Numbered from the stretch's first letter, positions 18,124 through 28,438 are shown. The stretch: DNA of 64,000 nt from Acidobacteriota bacterium (GCA_029565065.1 JAKQOW010000018.1:4043-68042), one strand, 5' to 3'. Translations and numbers: made by a program. Notes: generated by a model from the letters alone, not told the origin.

Positions 18124-18921
18124 ATGGCAAAGCAGCAGTCCAAATCCGAAACCGACATCGACAAGCTGGTGGCCATCGTCCGGCAGCTGCGGGCGCCTGG
18201 CGGCTGCCCGTGGGACCGCGAGCAGACCCGGGAAACCCTCAAGCCGATGCTGGTGGAGGAAACCTACGAGGTGCTGGGCGCCCTCGACGACGACGACCCG
18301 GCTGAGCTGCGGGACGAGTTGGGTGACCTGTTACTCCAGGTGGTCTTTCACGCCCAGATCGCCGACGAGCGGGACGAGTTTCGGATGCAGGACGTCATCG
18401 ACGCCATCCATGACAAGATCATCCGCCGGCACCCGCACGTTTTCGGCGGCGTCCGGGCGGAGACGAGCGAGGAAGTCCTGGCCAACTGGGACAAGATCAA
18501 GAGCGAGGAGCAGGCCGACAAGAACAAGCCGCGTGAATCGCTCCTCGACGGCATCAGCCCGGCCCTGCCCGCCCTCCACGAGGCTTACCAGATGGGCGTC
18601 CGTGCCAGCCGGGCCGGAATCGACTGGAACGGCGCCGACACCGTCACCGGCGCGGCGCGCACGGCGCTGGATGCGCTCGAATGTCGGCTGCCGGCCGGGA
18701 ACCCGGCCGCCCTCAAGGCGGCCGTCGGTGAAATCCTGTTCGCCGTCGTGAATCTCTGCCGTCATCTCGGGATCGATCCTGAAACCGGACTCAAGCGGAC
18801 GAATCTTACCTTCCGGGACCGCTTCCGGGCTCTCGAGCGGCGACTCAAGGCGTCCGGACGGACGCCCCAGGACTGCCCGCCGGACGAACTGGCCGGGTTG
18901 TGGCGGGAAACGGCACCATGA
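18124..18921 (+). CDS. mazG: nucleoside triphosphate pyrophosphohydrolase MazG
   Basis: 265 aa; CPWDREQTRETLKPMLVEETYEV...LGDLLLQVVFHAQIADE MazG/NTP-PPase signature; AT-rich leader upstream. Confidence 0.85.
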   Translation: MAKQQSKSETDIDKLVAIVRQLRAPGGCPWDREQTRETLKPMLVEETYEVLGALDDDDPAELRDELGDLLLQVVFHAQIADERDEFRMQDVIDAIHDKIIRRHPHVFGGVRAETSEEVLANWDKIKSEEQADKNKPRESLLDGISPALPALHEAYQMGVRASRAGIDWNGADTVTGAARTALDALECRLPAGNPAALKAAVGEILFAVVNLCRHLGIDPETGLKRTNLTFRDRFRALERRLKASGRTPQDCPPDELAGLWRETAP

Positions 18922-19175
18922 CCAAGCTCAACGTGATGCAGCATCCGGTGTACAGCGCCCTGCACGTGTGCAGCGGGTGCGGGCGGGTCAAGCTCATCAC
19001 CAAATGGGTCAAGTTCGACACCTCCTTCCTGGGACATGAGGCGTACATCGTGCCCACGCACTGCCCCGATTGCTTTCGCACCATCATCTGCATCATGGAA
19101 GACAAGAAACGCAAGCGGAGCGAACTGCGGCTGGAGCGCCGCATCCGGAATCGGATCAAGAAGAAGCTGTCTTGA
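18918..19175 (+). CDS. small zinc-ribbon protein (85 aa)
   Basis: MTKLNVMQHPVYSALHVCSGCGRV...HCPDCFRT: two CxxC pairs plus a basic tail. Its ATG overlaps the mazG TGA (ATGA). Confidence 0.45.
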   Translation: MTKLNVMQHPVYSALHVCSGCGRVKLITKWVKFDTSFLGHEAYIVPTHCPDCFRTIICIMEDKKRKRSELRLERRIRNRIKKKLS

Positions 19176-19275
19176 GGCGTCCATCGATCGCTCCACGGGC
19201 GCCGGCCGTCCCGCGGCTCTCCGGCTTGACACGCCATCCCCGATATGTCACATTGAGACCCATTCCTCGGGAAGG

Positions 19276-19881
19276 ATGGCCATGATGCGCGACCGAATTC
19301 GGGACGTTTTTCTGCAAGCCCGCCGGCTGCACGAGACGGCCGCCGACCGGTACGCTGACGATGTGGAGCGCGCGGCGCGGGAGACCGCGGCGCGGATCCG
19401 GCAGGGCGGATGCGTATACATCTTCGGGAACGGCGGATCCGCTGCGGACGCCATCCACTGGAGCGGCGAGCTCATGGGCCGCTTCAACCTGGACCGTCCG
19501 GGCATCCCTGCCATCGCCTTGGCGGTCAACCCGTCGGTCATCACCGCCGTAGCCAACGATTATGAATTCGACCAGGTCTTCGCCCGCCAGCTCGATGCTC
19601 TGGCCCGGCCGGCCGACGTGGTCATGGCGATCAGCACCAGCGGCCGGTCGCCCAACGTGCTCAACGCGCTCCGCTGCGTGCGCAGCCGGGGCTGCTTCCG
19701 GCTCGGGTTCACCGGTGCGGATACCCACGAGATGAGTCCGCTGGTGGACGTCGTGTTCTCGGTACCCTCGCCGTCCACCCCGCGGATCCAGGAAATGCAT
19801 GCCCTGCTGGGCCACCTGCTCTGTGAGCTGGTTGAGGCCGACCTTTACGGGCCGAAGGCGGGCTGCACCAACCCATCATAA
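19276..19881 (+). CDS. gmhA: SIS-domain phosphoheptose isomerase (D-sedoheptulose-7-phosphate isomerase)
   Basis: 201 aa; IFGNGGSAADAIHWSGEL...VMAISTSGRSPNVLNAL typical GmhA/DiaA SIS motifs. Start re-set to ATG 19276. Confidence 0.7.
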   Translation: MAMMRDRIRDVFLQARRLHETAADRYADDVERAARETAARIRQGGCVYIFGNGGSAADAIHWSGELMGRFNLDRPGIPAIALAVNPSVITAVANDYEFDQVFARQLDALARPADVVMAISTSGRSPNVLNALRCVRSRGCFRLGFTGADTHEMSPLVDVVFSVPSPSTPRIQEMHALLGHLLCELVEADLYGPKAGCTNPS

Positions 19882-19891
19882 GGAGACCGCC

Positions 19892-21004
19892 ATGCGCCGC
19901 CTGGCCTGCAGCCTGGCCGGAATCATCGCCTTGACTGTCCTTCTCGCCGCACAGACCCCCGCCGCTCCGCCGGCGCCGGCGGACCCGGCCCGGATCGAAG
20001 CCGTGCTGGAGACGGATCTTGGTTCCGTTATCATCCGCTTCTTCCCGGATGCCGCACCGAAGCACGTGGCCCAATTTCTGAAACTGGCCGGCGAGGGCTT
20101 TTTTGACGGACTCACCTTCTTCCGGGTCATCCCTTACGGCATCATCCAGGCCGGCGATCCGCTGACCCGCAACCCGGCCGCCCGGGACCGCTACGGCACA
20201 GGAGGCTTGCGCCAGCTCAAGGCTGAGTTCAACAACCACCCCTGCCGGCGGGGCGCGCTGGCCGCCGTCCTGGTTCCCGGCGATCCCGACAGCGCCGGCA
20301 GCCAATTCTTCATCTGCGTCACCGACCAGCTGCAGCTCAACGGCCAGTACACGGTCTTCGGACAGGTCGCCGGCGGCATGGCGGTTGTGGAAAAAATTTC
20401 CACGCTTCCAGCCGATGCCAGGCAATTGGCCACAGAGCGAGTCGCCATCCGCCGGGTGATCATCCGGACCATCCCCGAGCCCGCGTACCGCGGCGCGCCG
20501 ACGGAGCGCCTCCAGCGCTGCCGGGCCGTCATCGTCACCGACGTCGGCGAGATCGAACTGTCGTTTCACCCGGAAACGGCGCCCGAGCACGTGCGGCAGT
20601 TCCTGAGCCTGGCGGCCGCCGGCCTTTACAACGGCACCGATTTTCACCGGGTGGTCCCCGGCTTCGTGATCCAGGGCGGCTTCCTGAGCGGTCGCCGACC
20701 GCCCGTGGATGAGACATACGGCAGCTGGCTGCAACCGTTGCGGGCGGAATTCAGCGACCGGCCACATGACCGCGGGGTTTTGTCCATGGCCCGGGGCACC
20801 GATCCAGATTCCGCAATGGATTCGTTCTTCATCTGTCTGGCCCGCCAGACCTCGCTGGACGGCAAATACACGGTGTTCGGCGCGGTCACCCGCGGCCTTG
20901 ACGTGGTGGATCGAATCGCGACGATGGCCTGCGATGAACAGGAGCGTCCCATCCAGCGCGTGGCCATTCGGGAGATCCGGGTCATCGAGGAGATGAAACC
21001 ATGA
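19892..21004 (+). CDS. secreted peptidyl-prolyl cis-trans isomerase with two tandem cyclophilin domains
   Basis: Signal peptide MRRLACSLAGIIALTVLLAAQTPAAP; two repeats each carrying the FFRVIPYGIIQAGDP / FHRVVPGFVIQGG and FFIC..LDGKYTVFG cyclophilin motifs; AAGGAGA RBS. Confidence 0.8.
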   Translation: MRRLACSLAGIIALTVLLAAQTPAAPPAPADPARIEAVLETDLGSVIIRFFPDAAPKHVAQFLKLAGEGFFDGLTFFRVIPYGIIQAGDPLTRNPAARDRYGTGGLRQLKAEFNNHPCRRGALAAVLVPGDPDSAGSQFFICVTDQLQLNGQYTVFGQVAGGMAVVEKISTLPADARQLATERVAIRRVIIRTIPEPAYRGAPTERLQRCRAVIVTDVGEIELSFHPETAPEHVRQFLSLAAAGLYNGTDFHRVVPGFVIQGGFLSGRRPPVDETYGSWLQPLRAEFSDRPHDRGVLSMARGTDPDSAMDSFFICLARQTSLDGKYTVFGAVTRGLDVVDRIATMACDEQERPIQRVAIREIRVIEEMKP

Positions 21005-21447
21005 AACTACTGGTCATCCTCATCCTGATCGCCGCTGCGGCGGGTGTGTACCTGGTGGTCCAGGGCGTTTCGTTTCATCAGGCCAACGAGTCGTACCAGG
21101 CCGACATCCAGCGGCGGCTTCACGGCATGGCCTGGGAGCGCACCGAGGCGATGAAGCAGGAGATCATCAAGCTGGCCGGCCCCTACGGCATCGATCCGGC
21201 GGGGATCGAGATTTCTTTTCTGCGCTCCGGGCACGTGCCCGCCGGCAGTCCAGTCGGCATGATCGAGGAGGCGTACCCGGTCAAGAAGGACGTGCTTGAA
21301 ACCACCGTCCGCTACCAGCGGCCGATGCTGTTCTGGTCTCAGGAATACGTGTTGACCGCCACCATCCTCCGCGCCAAACCCGTCCACCCCCACCAGGACG
21401 CCATTCAGGACGCCATCCGGTCGGTGCTGCCGCCGCCCGCCCCCTGA
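21001..21447 (+). CDS. hypothetical membrane-anchored protein (148 aa)
   Basis: N-terminal TM MKLLVILILIAAAAGVYLVV; ATGA overlap with the PPIase stop. Confidence 0.45.
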   Translation: MKLLVILILIAAAAGVYLVVQGVSFHQANESYQADIQRRLHGMAWERTEAMKQEIIKLAGPYGIDPAGIEISFLRSGHVPAGSPVGMIEEAYPVKKDVLETTVRYQRPMLFWSQEYVLTATILRAKPVHPHQDAIQDAIRSVLPPPAP

Positions 21448-21575
21448 GCCGTCGCCTGCGACCGTTCACGGTCCGGCCGTTAAAATTCTCTTGATCCTTT
21501 CCGCCGGAGTGATTACATTCATCTTTTGATCGTTCGATCGATCACCACTGAAGTTTCAACAATAGGAGTATTCGG

Positions 21576-22487
21576 ATGGGATTCAAAAGGTTTGTCGTCG
21601 ACCTGGCTCCCGGACCGCTGGTCAAGATCTTCGCCCGCCCCTACGTTGCCGGAGACAGCATTGAAGCCACCGTCGCCTGCGCCCGCAGCTTCTGGGACGA
21701 GCGACGGGTTTGCTCCACCATCGACCTGCTGGGCGAAGAGTTGGAGTCGGACACAGAGGTGCAATACACCGTCGACGTGTATCTGCGCCTGATCGCGGCG
21801 TTGGGCCGGCAGCCTTTCGCTTCGGTCTCGCTCAAACCCACCCAGCTCGGCAGCCATCGCGGCGGCAAGCACGCCGAGCAGATCATCGAAGGGATCGTTC
21901 AGGCGGCCGCGGCCCACGACATCGGGGTCACCATCGACATGGAGGACCATACCGTCACCGACATGACGCTGGAGATGTACCGCAACCTGAAGCCCCGTTA
22001 CCCAATTCTCGGCACGGTGCTGCAATCCCGGCTGTTCCGGAATCGGGATGACATCCTGTCGCTCAAGGGGCTCCAGGCCCGGATCCGCATCTGCATCGGG
22101 ATCTACAACGAACCGGCCAGCATCGCGCTGACCGACAAGAACGAGATGAAAAAGCAGCTGCTCAAGGACGTGGAGCTGCTGTTCAGCGAGGGGCATATCC
22201 CCGAGATCGCCACCCACGAGGAGTGGGTCATCCACGAGGCGATCAATATCGCCGAGCGGATGAACATGGGGCGGGACCGCTACGAGGTTCAGATGCTCAT
22301 GGGCGTGCCGCGCCAGGCGCTCCAGGATGAGCTGATCCGCAACGGCGTGACCGTGCGGCTGTATGTGCCGTTCGCCGAACAGTGGAAGTACGCGGTGAGC
22401 TACTGCAAACGGCGACTGGCGGCCAATCCGATGATGGCCGCCTATGTGATGAAGAACATGTTCCAATCGGTCGTGGGCAAGAAATGA
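21576..22487 (+). CDS. proline dehydrogenase (monofunctional PutA-like)
   Basis: 303 aa; collinear with the bacterial proline dehydrogenase TIM-barrel family (conserved C-terminal RRL..N motif); AGGAG RBS. Confidence 0.7.
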   Translation: MGFKRFVVDLAPGPLVKIFARPYVAGDSIEATVACARSFWDERRVCSTIDLLGEELESDTEVQYTVDVYLRLIAALGRQPFASVSLKPTQLGSHRGGKHAEQIIEGIVQAAAAHDIGVTIDMEDHTVTDMTLEMYRNLKPRYPILGTVLQSRLFRNRDDILSLKGLQARIRICIGIYNEPASIALTDKNEMKKQLLKDVELLFSEGHIPEIATHEEWVIHEAINIAERMNMGRDRYEVQMLMGVPRQALQDELIRNGVTVRLYVPFAEQWKYAVSYCKRRLAANPMMAAYVMKNMFQSVVGKK

Positions 22488-22510
22488 CCGACGGCCGGGG
22501 CGGTACGAAC

Positions 22511-23230
22511 ATGAAATACCAGCGGGTCCTGCTGAAACTGAGCGGCGAAGCCCTGACAGGGGGCGGTTCGGAGCCGATGTCGGCGGACGTGCTGGATTAT
22601 CTGGCCGATGAGATCCACACCGTGATCCGGGCGGGCGTCCAGCTCGGAGTGGTGGTAGGCGGCGGCAATATCTTCCGGGGCGCCACCGGCGCCGGCCGGG
22701 GTATCGACCGGGTCACCGGAGACTACATGGGCATGCTGGCCACCCTGATCAACTGCCTGGCCCTGGCGGACCGGCTGGACCGGCGCGGCTGCCCCTGCCG
22801 GATCCTGTCACCGTTCGCCCTGCCCCAGGCAACCGAGCCGGCATCAGCCGAAAACGCCCGCCGCGCCATGGGTGAAGGGCGGGTGGTCCTGTTCGCCGGC
22901 GGCACCGGCAATCCCTTTTTCACCACCGACTCGGCCGCCGTCCTCCGTGCCCTCGAATCGGGTTGCCAGGCTGTGTTGAAAGCCACCAAGGTGAACGGCG
23001 TCTATGACCGCGATCCGAACAAGGATCCCTCCGCCCGGTTTCTTCCACGCCTCAGCTACCGGGAGGCGGTCGAGCAGCGGCTGGGCGTCATGGACCTGGC
23101 GGCGTTCTCCCTGTGCCTGGAACACGACCTGCCCATCATCGTTTTCGACATTACCCAGCCGGGCAATGTACTGAAGGCCGTGCGGGGCGAGGCAGTGGGT
23201 TCCCTCATCGATCGCGACGGTGCCCGGTAG
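22511..23230 (+). CDS. pyrH: UMP kinase
   Basis: MKYQRVLLKLSGEALTGGGS...VVGGGNIFRG...TGNPFFTTDSAA canonical PyrH motifs. Start set at ATG 22511; an alternative ATG at 22484 overlaps the ProDH stop. Confidence 0.85.
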   Translation: MKYQRVLLKLSGEALTGGGSEPMSADVLDYLADEIHTVIRAGVQLGVVVGGGNIFRGATGAGRGIDRVTGDYMGMLATLINCLALADRLDRRGCPCRILSPFALPQATEPASAENARRAMGEGRVVLFAGGTGNPFFTTDSAAVLRALESGCQAVLKATKVNGVYDRDPNKDPSARFLPRLSYREAVEQRLGVMDLAAFSLCLEHDLPIIVFDITQPGNVLKAVRGEAVGSLIDRDGAR

Positions 23231-23386
23231 TCCCGGCGCATCCCGCCGCCCGTCGTCCGGCCCCGGCCGCCGTTTGGCGACCGTGACCGTCTGTGCTATC
23301 ATGACGCTTTCCGCCCGTGGATCCGTCCCCGCCATCCGGCATGCCGGCGGGCCCCCGGACCGATTCAACCCAGCGAGGAGCAATCC

Positions 23387-25723
23387 GTGAACCTGTTGGA
23401 CGACCTCAACCCGGCCCAGCGGGCGGCCGTGGAGTACACCGACGGCCCGCAACTGGTGGTGGCCGGGGCCGGCAGTGGCAAAACCCGCGTGATCACCTAC
23501 AAGGTCGCCCACCTGATCGCCACCGGCCGCTTTGCCGCCGAGCACATCCTCGCGGTCACGTTCACCAACAAGGCGGCCGACGAGATGCGGGAGCGCATCC
23601 ATGCCCTGCTGGGCCCGGGCCGTTCGGCGACGCCCACCGTGTGCACCTTCCACTCATTCTGCGCCCGGTTCCTCCGCCAGGAAATCGGAGTGATCGGCTT
23701 TTCGCCCAACTACACCATCTGCGACGCTGACGACCAGGCCCGCCTGGTCAAGGATATTCTGAAGGAACTCCACATCGCCGAGCCGCCCGTCTCCGTCGAC
23801 ATCATCGTGGGCCGGATCGGTCGCGCCAAGATCCACGCGATCGCTCCCACCCAATACGCCGCCCGGTTCCGCGATGCGGACGCCGATCTGCTGGCCGAGA
23901 TCTTCGGCCGGTACGAGCGCCGGCTGACGGCCAGCGGCGCGCTGGACTTCGAGGATCTGATCCTCAAGGCCAACGAGATCCTCGAACGTTATCCGGACAT
24001 CCGCGCCCGGTTGGCGCATCGCCACCGTTACCTGCTGGTGGACGAATTTCAGGACACCAACCCACCCCAGTACAAGCTGGTCCAGTTGTTGGGCGGCGAA
24101 CACCGCAACCTGTGTGTGGTCGGTGACGAGGACCAGTCAATCTACGGTTTCCGCGGGGCCATCCTGGCCAACATTCTGAACTTCGAGCGGGATTTCCCCG
24201 GCGCGAAGCTGTTCAAACTGGAACAGAATTACCGCTCCACCCGAGCCATTCTGCGGGCGGCGTCCGGGCTGGTGGCCCACAACCGGCAGCGCCGCGAGAA
24301 ATCTCTCTGGACCGATAACGTCGAAGGCGAGCCGGTAGTGTTGTATCGGGCCGGCGATCCCAAAGAAGAGGCCAACTGGGTGGCGCGGGCCGTCAAGGAT
24401 TTGCTGCTCAACGATTTCATCGGCAGTGTGGGCATCCTCTACCGGGCCAATTTCCAGTCTCGCCGGGTGGAGGATGGCCTGAAGGGCCTGGCCATCGCCT
24501 ATCGGGTGGTGGGCGGCCAGGCGTTTTACTCCCGGAAGGAAATCAAGGATCTGATCGCCTACCTCAAGCTGGCGTTCAACCGGCGCGATGACGCCGCGTT
24601 TCTGCGTGTGGTGAACGCCCCGCCCCGCGGTCTGGGCGACCGGGCCATGGAGCTCCTCCGGCGGCAGGCCGTGGCGCGCGGCAACGACCTGTGGGGCGCC
24701 CTGGAGGACATCCTGGCCGACGAGAGCGTGCCCACCCGCCTGCGGACGGCGTTCCGGCTGTTCCACGACCTCGTCCAGTTGCTCGCGCACAGCGCGACGG
24801 AGAAACCTCTGGGTGAGTTCATCGAGCAACTAGTCAGCCAATCCGGTTACCAGAAGTATCTGTCCCAACAGTCTGATCCAGAGTCGCAATCCCGGCTGGA
24901 GAACATCCAGGAGTTCATCACCGCCGCCCGGGAGCACCAGCAGGAAGGGGGAACCGTGCAATCGTTCCTGGATCGGGCCGCTCTGGTCAGCGACTCAGAG
25001 ACCGTCGCGGGATCGGGCCGGGTGACTTTAATGACCCTGCATGGCGCCAAGGGCCTGGAATTCGACCACGTGTTTCTGGTCGGAGTGGAACAGGGCCTCC
25101 TGCCTCATCACCGCAGTCAGGAGACGGACGAGGACATCGAAGAAGAACGTCGGCTGTGCTACGTGGGCATGACCCGGGCCCGCAAGCGCCTGGCGCTGAG
25201 CCATTCCTGGTCGCGCCCCACCCCCGACGGATCGCGAACCGACCCGGTCCGGCCATCCATGTTTTTGGACGAGATCCCGGCGGACGCGCTGCTGGAGTTA
25301 CCCCGCTACACACCGTTCCCGTTGACGGCCGCCGGCGCCCGGCCGGTGCGCCTCCGCACCAAGCTCAAGGACCAGGGGTTCCGCACCCTGGACACCGCGG
25401 CCGAAATCCAGGCGTTCTTCGGCAAGTCGGGCGGCGCGCGCGCCGCCGACCCGAAGACCGGGCCCCGGATCGTCCACCGGGTGATCCCTCGCCCGGACGC
25501 CGCAGCGCCGGCCGCCACCGGCAAGCCGAAGCCAGCCACCAAGCCCGGCGCGCGGGCAGCCGCCGGGTGGAAGCTGGGCGACCGAGTCGTCCACCCCACC
25601 TTCGGGCGCGGCACCATCCAGCGCATCGACGACACCGCCAACGGGCGCAAGCTGACGATTTATTTCGAGCGCTTCGGCCTGCGGCGCCTGATGGATCACC
25701 TGGCTGATCTCGAGCGTGGCTGA
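23387..25723 (+). CDS. uvrD: ATP-dependent DNA helicase, UvrD/PcrA/Rep family (778 aa, GTG start)
   Basis: Walker A AGAGSGKTRVIT; motifs TFTNKAADEMRERI, LLVDEFQDTN, VVGDEDQSIYGFRGA, YRST; C-terminal extension with TFGRGTI Tudor-like tail. Confidence 0.85.
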   Translation: MNLLDDLNPAQRAAVEYTDGPQLVVAGAGSGKTRVITYKVAHLIATGRFAAEHILAVTFTNKAADEMRERIHALLGPGRSATPTVCTFHSFCARFLRQEIGVIGFSPNYTICDADDQARLVKDILKELHIAEPPVSVDIIVGRIGRAKIHAIAPTQYAARFRDADADLLAEIFGRYERRLTASGALDFEDLILKANEILERYPDIRARLAHRHRYLLVDEFQDTNPPQYKLVQLLGGEHRNLCVVGDEDQSIYGFRGAILANILNFERDFPGAKLFKLEQNYRSTRAILRAASGLVAHNRQRREKSLWTDNVEGEPVVLYRAGDPKEEANWVARAVKDLLLNDFIGSVGILYRANFQSRRVEDGLKGLAIAYRVVGGQAFYSRKEIKDLIAYLKLAFNRRDDAAFLRVVNAPPRGLGDRAMELLRRQAVARGNDLWGALEDILADESVPTRLRTAFRLFHDLVQLLAHSATEKPLGEFIEQLVSQSGYQKYLSQQSDPESQSRLENIQEFITAAREHQQEGGTVQSFLDRAALVSDSETVAGSGRVTLMTLHGAKGLEFDHVFLVGVEQGLLPHHRSQETDEDIEEERRLCYVGMTRARKRLALSHSWSRPTPDGSRTDPVRPSMFLDEIPADALLELPRYTPFPLTAAGARPVRLRTKLKDQGFRTLDTAAEIQAFFGKSGGARAADPKTGPRIVHRVIPRPDAAAPAATGKPKPATKPGARAAAGWKLGDRVVHPTFGRGTIQRIDDTANGRKLTIYFERFGLRRLMDHLADLERG

Positions 25724-25803
25724 CGGTCCGGGCAGCCGCTGACGCCGCTCGCCGCGTCACAAGCAGACATAGAGGAGATGAGCGACGGGAGGGATCCCGC
25801 GGT

Positions 25804-26991
25804 TTAAGACCGCTTGGCCAGCTGCTCCTGGTAGTCCTTCCAGAAGGGTGAGATGTTGCGCAGGCGCTCGATCAGCGGCGGCAGGTGCTCCAGCACGTAA
25901 TCGATCTCCGCTTCCGTGTTGTACCGGCTCAGGCTGAACCGGATCGAGCCATGGGACGCTGTGAACGGCACTCCCATCGCCCGCAGGACGTGAGATGGTT
26001 CCAGCGAACCCGACGTACAGGCTGAACCGGACGAGGCACAGATGCCCAGCTGGTCCAGCAGGAGGAGGATAGCTTCTCCCTCGATGTACTCGAAGCTGAT
26101 GCTGGTGGTGTTGGGCAGCCGGTGCTCCCGGTTGCCGTTGACCCGCACGTTGGGGACGGAATGGAGGATCCCGTCTTCCAGCTTGTCCCGGAGGCGGCGG
26201 ACCCGGTCATTTTCCTCCCTCAGCGCGGCCCGGGCCAGCTCACAGGCGCGCCCCAGACCGACGATGGAGGCGACGTTTTCGGTCCCGCCACGGCGGTTCC
26301 GCTCCTGGTGCCCGCCGATGATGAGCGGCACCAGCCGGATGCCCTTCCGGATGTACAGCACACCCACGCCCTTCGGGGCATGGAGCTTGTGGCCCGACAA
26401 GCTGAGCAGGTCGATGGTACTCTGCGACAAGTCCAGCGGCAGCTTGCCCACCGCCTGGACGGCGTCCACGTGAAACGCCGCCCCGTGGGCCTTGACGATC
26501 TGCCCGATTTCCTCGACCGGGAAAACGACGCCGGTCTCGTTGTTGGCATACATCACCGACACCACGGCGGTGTCGGGGCGCAGCGCATTACGCAGCTCGG
26601 CGAGGTCGAGTCGCCCTTCACCGTCCACACCGAGGAGCGTCACCTCGTAACCGCGCTTGCGCAGGTGGTTGCAGAGGCTGAGCACCGCGGGATGTTCCAC
26701 GCGGGTGCTGATGACGTGGCGTTTGTCCGGATTGGCCTCGAGCACGCCGCGGATAGCCATGTTGTCGCTCTCGGAGCCGCAGCTGACAAACAGGATTTCA
26801 GTGGGATCGGCGCCGAGGATGGCGGCCACCTGGTCGCGGGCCTGGGCGATATGTCGGGCCACCTGTCCCCCGAACGCGTGCATGCTCGATGGATTGCCGT
26901 AGAGTTCGGTGTAGAACGGCAACATCACCGCGGCCACCTCGTCGGCCACCCGGGTCGTGGCGTTGTTGTCGAGGTAGACGACGCGGCTCAT
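25804..26991 (-). CDS. nifS: cysteine desulfurase (NifS/IscS class)
   Basis: 395 aa; VYLDNNATT, SGHKLHAPKGVG (PLP lysine), SSGSACTS active-site Cys loop. Confidence 0.85.
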   Translation of the reverse strand: MSRVVYLDNNATTRVADEVAAVMLPFYTELYGNPSSMHAFGGQVARHIAQARDQVAAILGADPTEILFVSCGSESDNMAIRGVLEANPDKRHVISTRVEHPAVLSLCNHLRKRGYEVTLLGVDGEGRLDLAELRNALRPDTAVVSVMYANNETGVVFPVEEIGQIVKAHGAAFHVDAVQAVGKLPLDLSQSTIDLLSLSGHKLHAPKGVGVLYIRKGIRLVPLIIGGHQERNRRGGTENVASIVGLGRACELARAALREENDRVRRLRDKLEDGILHSVPNVRVNGNREHRLPNTTSISFEYIEGEAILLLLDQLGICASSGSACTSGSLEPSHVLRAMGVPFTASHGSIRFSLSRYNTEAEIDYVLEHLPPLIERLRNISPFWKDYQEQLAKRS

Positions 26992-27845
26992 GACTTGACC
27001 TCCACCACCTGGAGGTCCGCGGCGACGAACTCGCGCAGCTTGGCTTCCACGGCCCAGCGAATGGTCAGCTCGGAACTGGGACAGGACGCGCAGGTGCCCC
27101 GCATGGCCACGAGGACCTTGGATCCTTCCACGTCCACGAGCTCGATGTCGCCGCCGTCCTGCTGCAATGAGGGCCGGATCTCCTCTTCCAGAATCTCCTT
27201 GATTTTGAGGATGCGTTCCACGTTGGTGAGCTTGCGCTGTTCGCGGGCCGGTTGCTTCGCCGGTGTTTCCACCCGCTCCTGGCGCACCTCGTGGATGATC
27301 TCCTCGATATCCATATGGCAGCTCTGGCAGCCGCCGCCGGCCTTGCAGTAATTGGTCACTTCCTCGATGGAGTTCAAGTTGTTCTCGCGAACCACCTTGC
27401 GGATCAGTCCCTCGGTCACACCGAAGCAGTGGCAGATTATGCGTCCCTCGTCTTCCTCCTCCAGGTGCTTGCGTTCCAAGCCGTAGTAGTTGGCCACGGC
27501 CGCTTCAAGCGCCTCCCGACCCATGACGGAGCAATGCATCTTCTCGGGCGGCAATCCGCCCAGGAAGTCGGCGATCTGCTGGTTGGTGATCTGCATGGCT
27601 TCGTCCAGGGTTTTGCCCTTCACCATCTCGGTCAGGGCGGACGCAGCCGCGATCGCCGAGCCGCAGCCGAAGGTCTTGAAACGGACATCCACGATGCGCT
27701 TCTGATCGTCCACTTTCAGATAGATCCGCAAGGCGTCCCCGCAGGCGATGGAGCCTACCTCGCCGACCGCGTCGGCGCCGGGAAGATCCCCGACGTTGCG
27801 CGGATTAAAGAAATGATCCTTGACCTTGTCCGTGTATTCCCACAT
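26988..27845 (-). CDS. nifU: three-domain NifU Fe-S scaffold (IscU-like N, central ferredoxin-like, C-terminal Nfu)
   Basis: 285 aa; IACGDALRIY...FGCGSAIAAAS (IscU), central CHCF...CKAGGGCQSC, C-terminal GTCASCPSS (Nfu CxxC). Start re-set to ATG 27845 with GGAG RBS; ATGA overlap with nifS. Confidence 0.8.
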   Translation of the reverse strand: MWEYTDKVKDHFFNPRNVGDLPGADAVGEVGSIACGDALRIYLKVDDQKRIVDVRFKTFGCGSAIAAASALTEMVKGKTLDEAMQITNQQIADFLGGLPPEKMHCSVMGREALEAAVANYYGLERKHLEEEDEGRIICHCFGVTEGLIRKVVRENNLNSIEEVTNYCKAGGGCQSCHMDIEEIIHEVRQERVETPAKQPAREQRKLTNVERILKIKEILEEEIRPSLQQDGGDIELVDVEGSKVLVAMRGTCASCPSSELTIRWAVEAKLREFVAADLQVVEVKS

Positions 27846-28040
27846 GGATGTCTCCTTCAGACTGCTGCCGAAATCCGGCTTGGGTGCGATCCACTCCATC
27901 TGCTTAGAAGCATTCCGGAACGTTCGGTTTCAGCTTAGTATCTGCCGCAGGCCGGGACCCTGCGTGCGGCCGTTTGTTCTATTTAGCTCAGCCGGCGGAG
28001 TTTGTCAAATGCTGCGGGCCTGAGCGCCGCCTCCGTAGGT

Positions 28041-28084
28041 CCAAAAGGCGGGCTGGGAGCTTCCCGGCCTTGGCCGGGAGCTCC
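28041..28084 (-). terminator. hairpin/terminator-like element downstream of FmdB-like gene
   Basis: GGAGCTTCCCGGCC-TTG-GCCGGGAGCTCC imperfect inverted repeat (one bulge) followed on the minus strand by CCTTTTGG. Confidence 0.35.
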
Positions 28085-28132
28085 GTGTGGTTGGTAGGGT
28101 CAAAGAGTTGGTGGTCGAATTAGATGGGACTG

Positions 28133-28405
28133 CTAGGCAGTTTTTTCAGGTGTGTTTGATTTGGATGGGCTATCAGACTTCTTGTCGGTTGTCTCCTTCC
28201 GGTCGCCGCTGCTGGCGGGGCTGGACTTGTGGGCGTAGTCGGTGATGTACCAACCGCTGCCCTTGAACTGGATGGCCGGGGCGGAAGGCGCAAGCTCCAC
28301 CCGCTGGCCGCAGTCCGGACAGTCCGTGACCGGGGGATCCGAAAATTTCTGGATCTTTTCAAAACGGTGGTTGCACACGGTGCACACATACTCGTAAATG
28401 GGCAT
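28133..28405 (-). CDS. FmdB-family zinc-ribbon putative regulatory protein (90 aa)
   Basis: MPIYEYVCTVCNHRFEKIQKFSDPPVTDCPDCG = FmdB CxxC...CxxC signature; GGAGG RBS. The ORF-track start at 28513 translates the AT-rich promoter. Confidence 0.6.
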   Translation of the reverse strand: MPIYEYVCTVCNHRFEKIQKFSDPPVTDCPDCGQRVELAPSAPAIQFKGSGWYITDYAHKSSPASSGDRKETTDKKSDSPSKSNTPEKTA

Positions 28406-28438
28406 CTGTGAAACCTCCGACTTGCTGACTGACCCTTC

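Noticed and set aside
22382-23230. pyrH lacking neighbouring tsf/frr as a sign of rearrangement or horizontal transfer
   Set aside because: Gene order around pyrH varies widely among phyla. There is no compositional anomaly or mobile-element signature, so it is not informative on its own.
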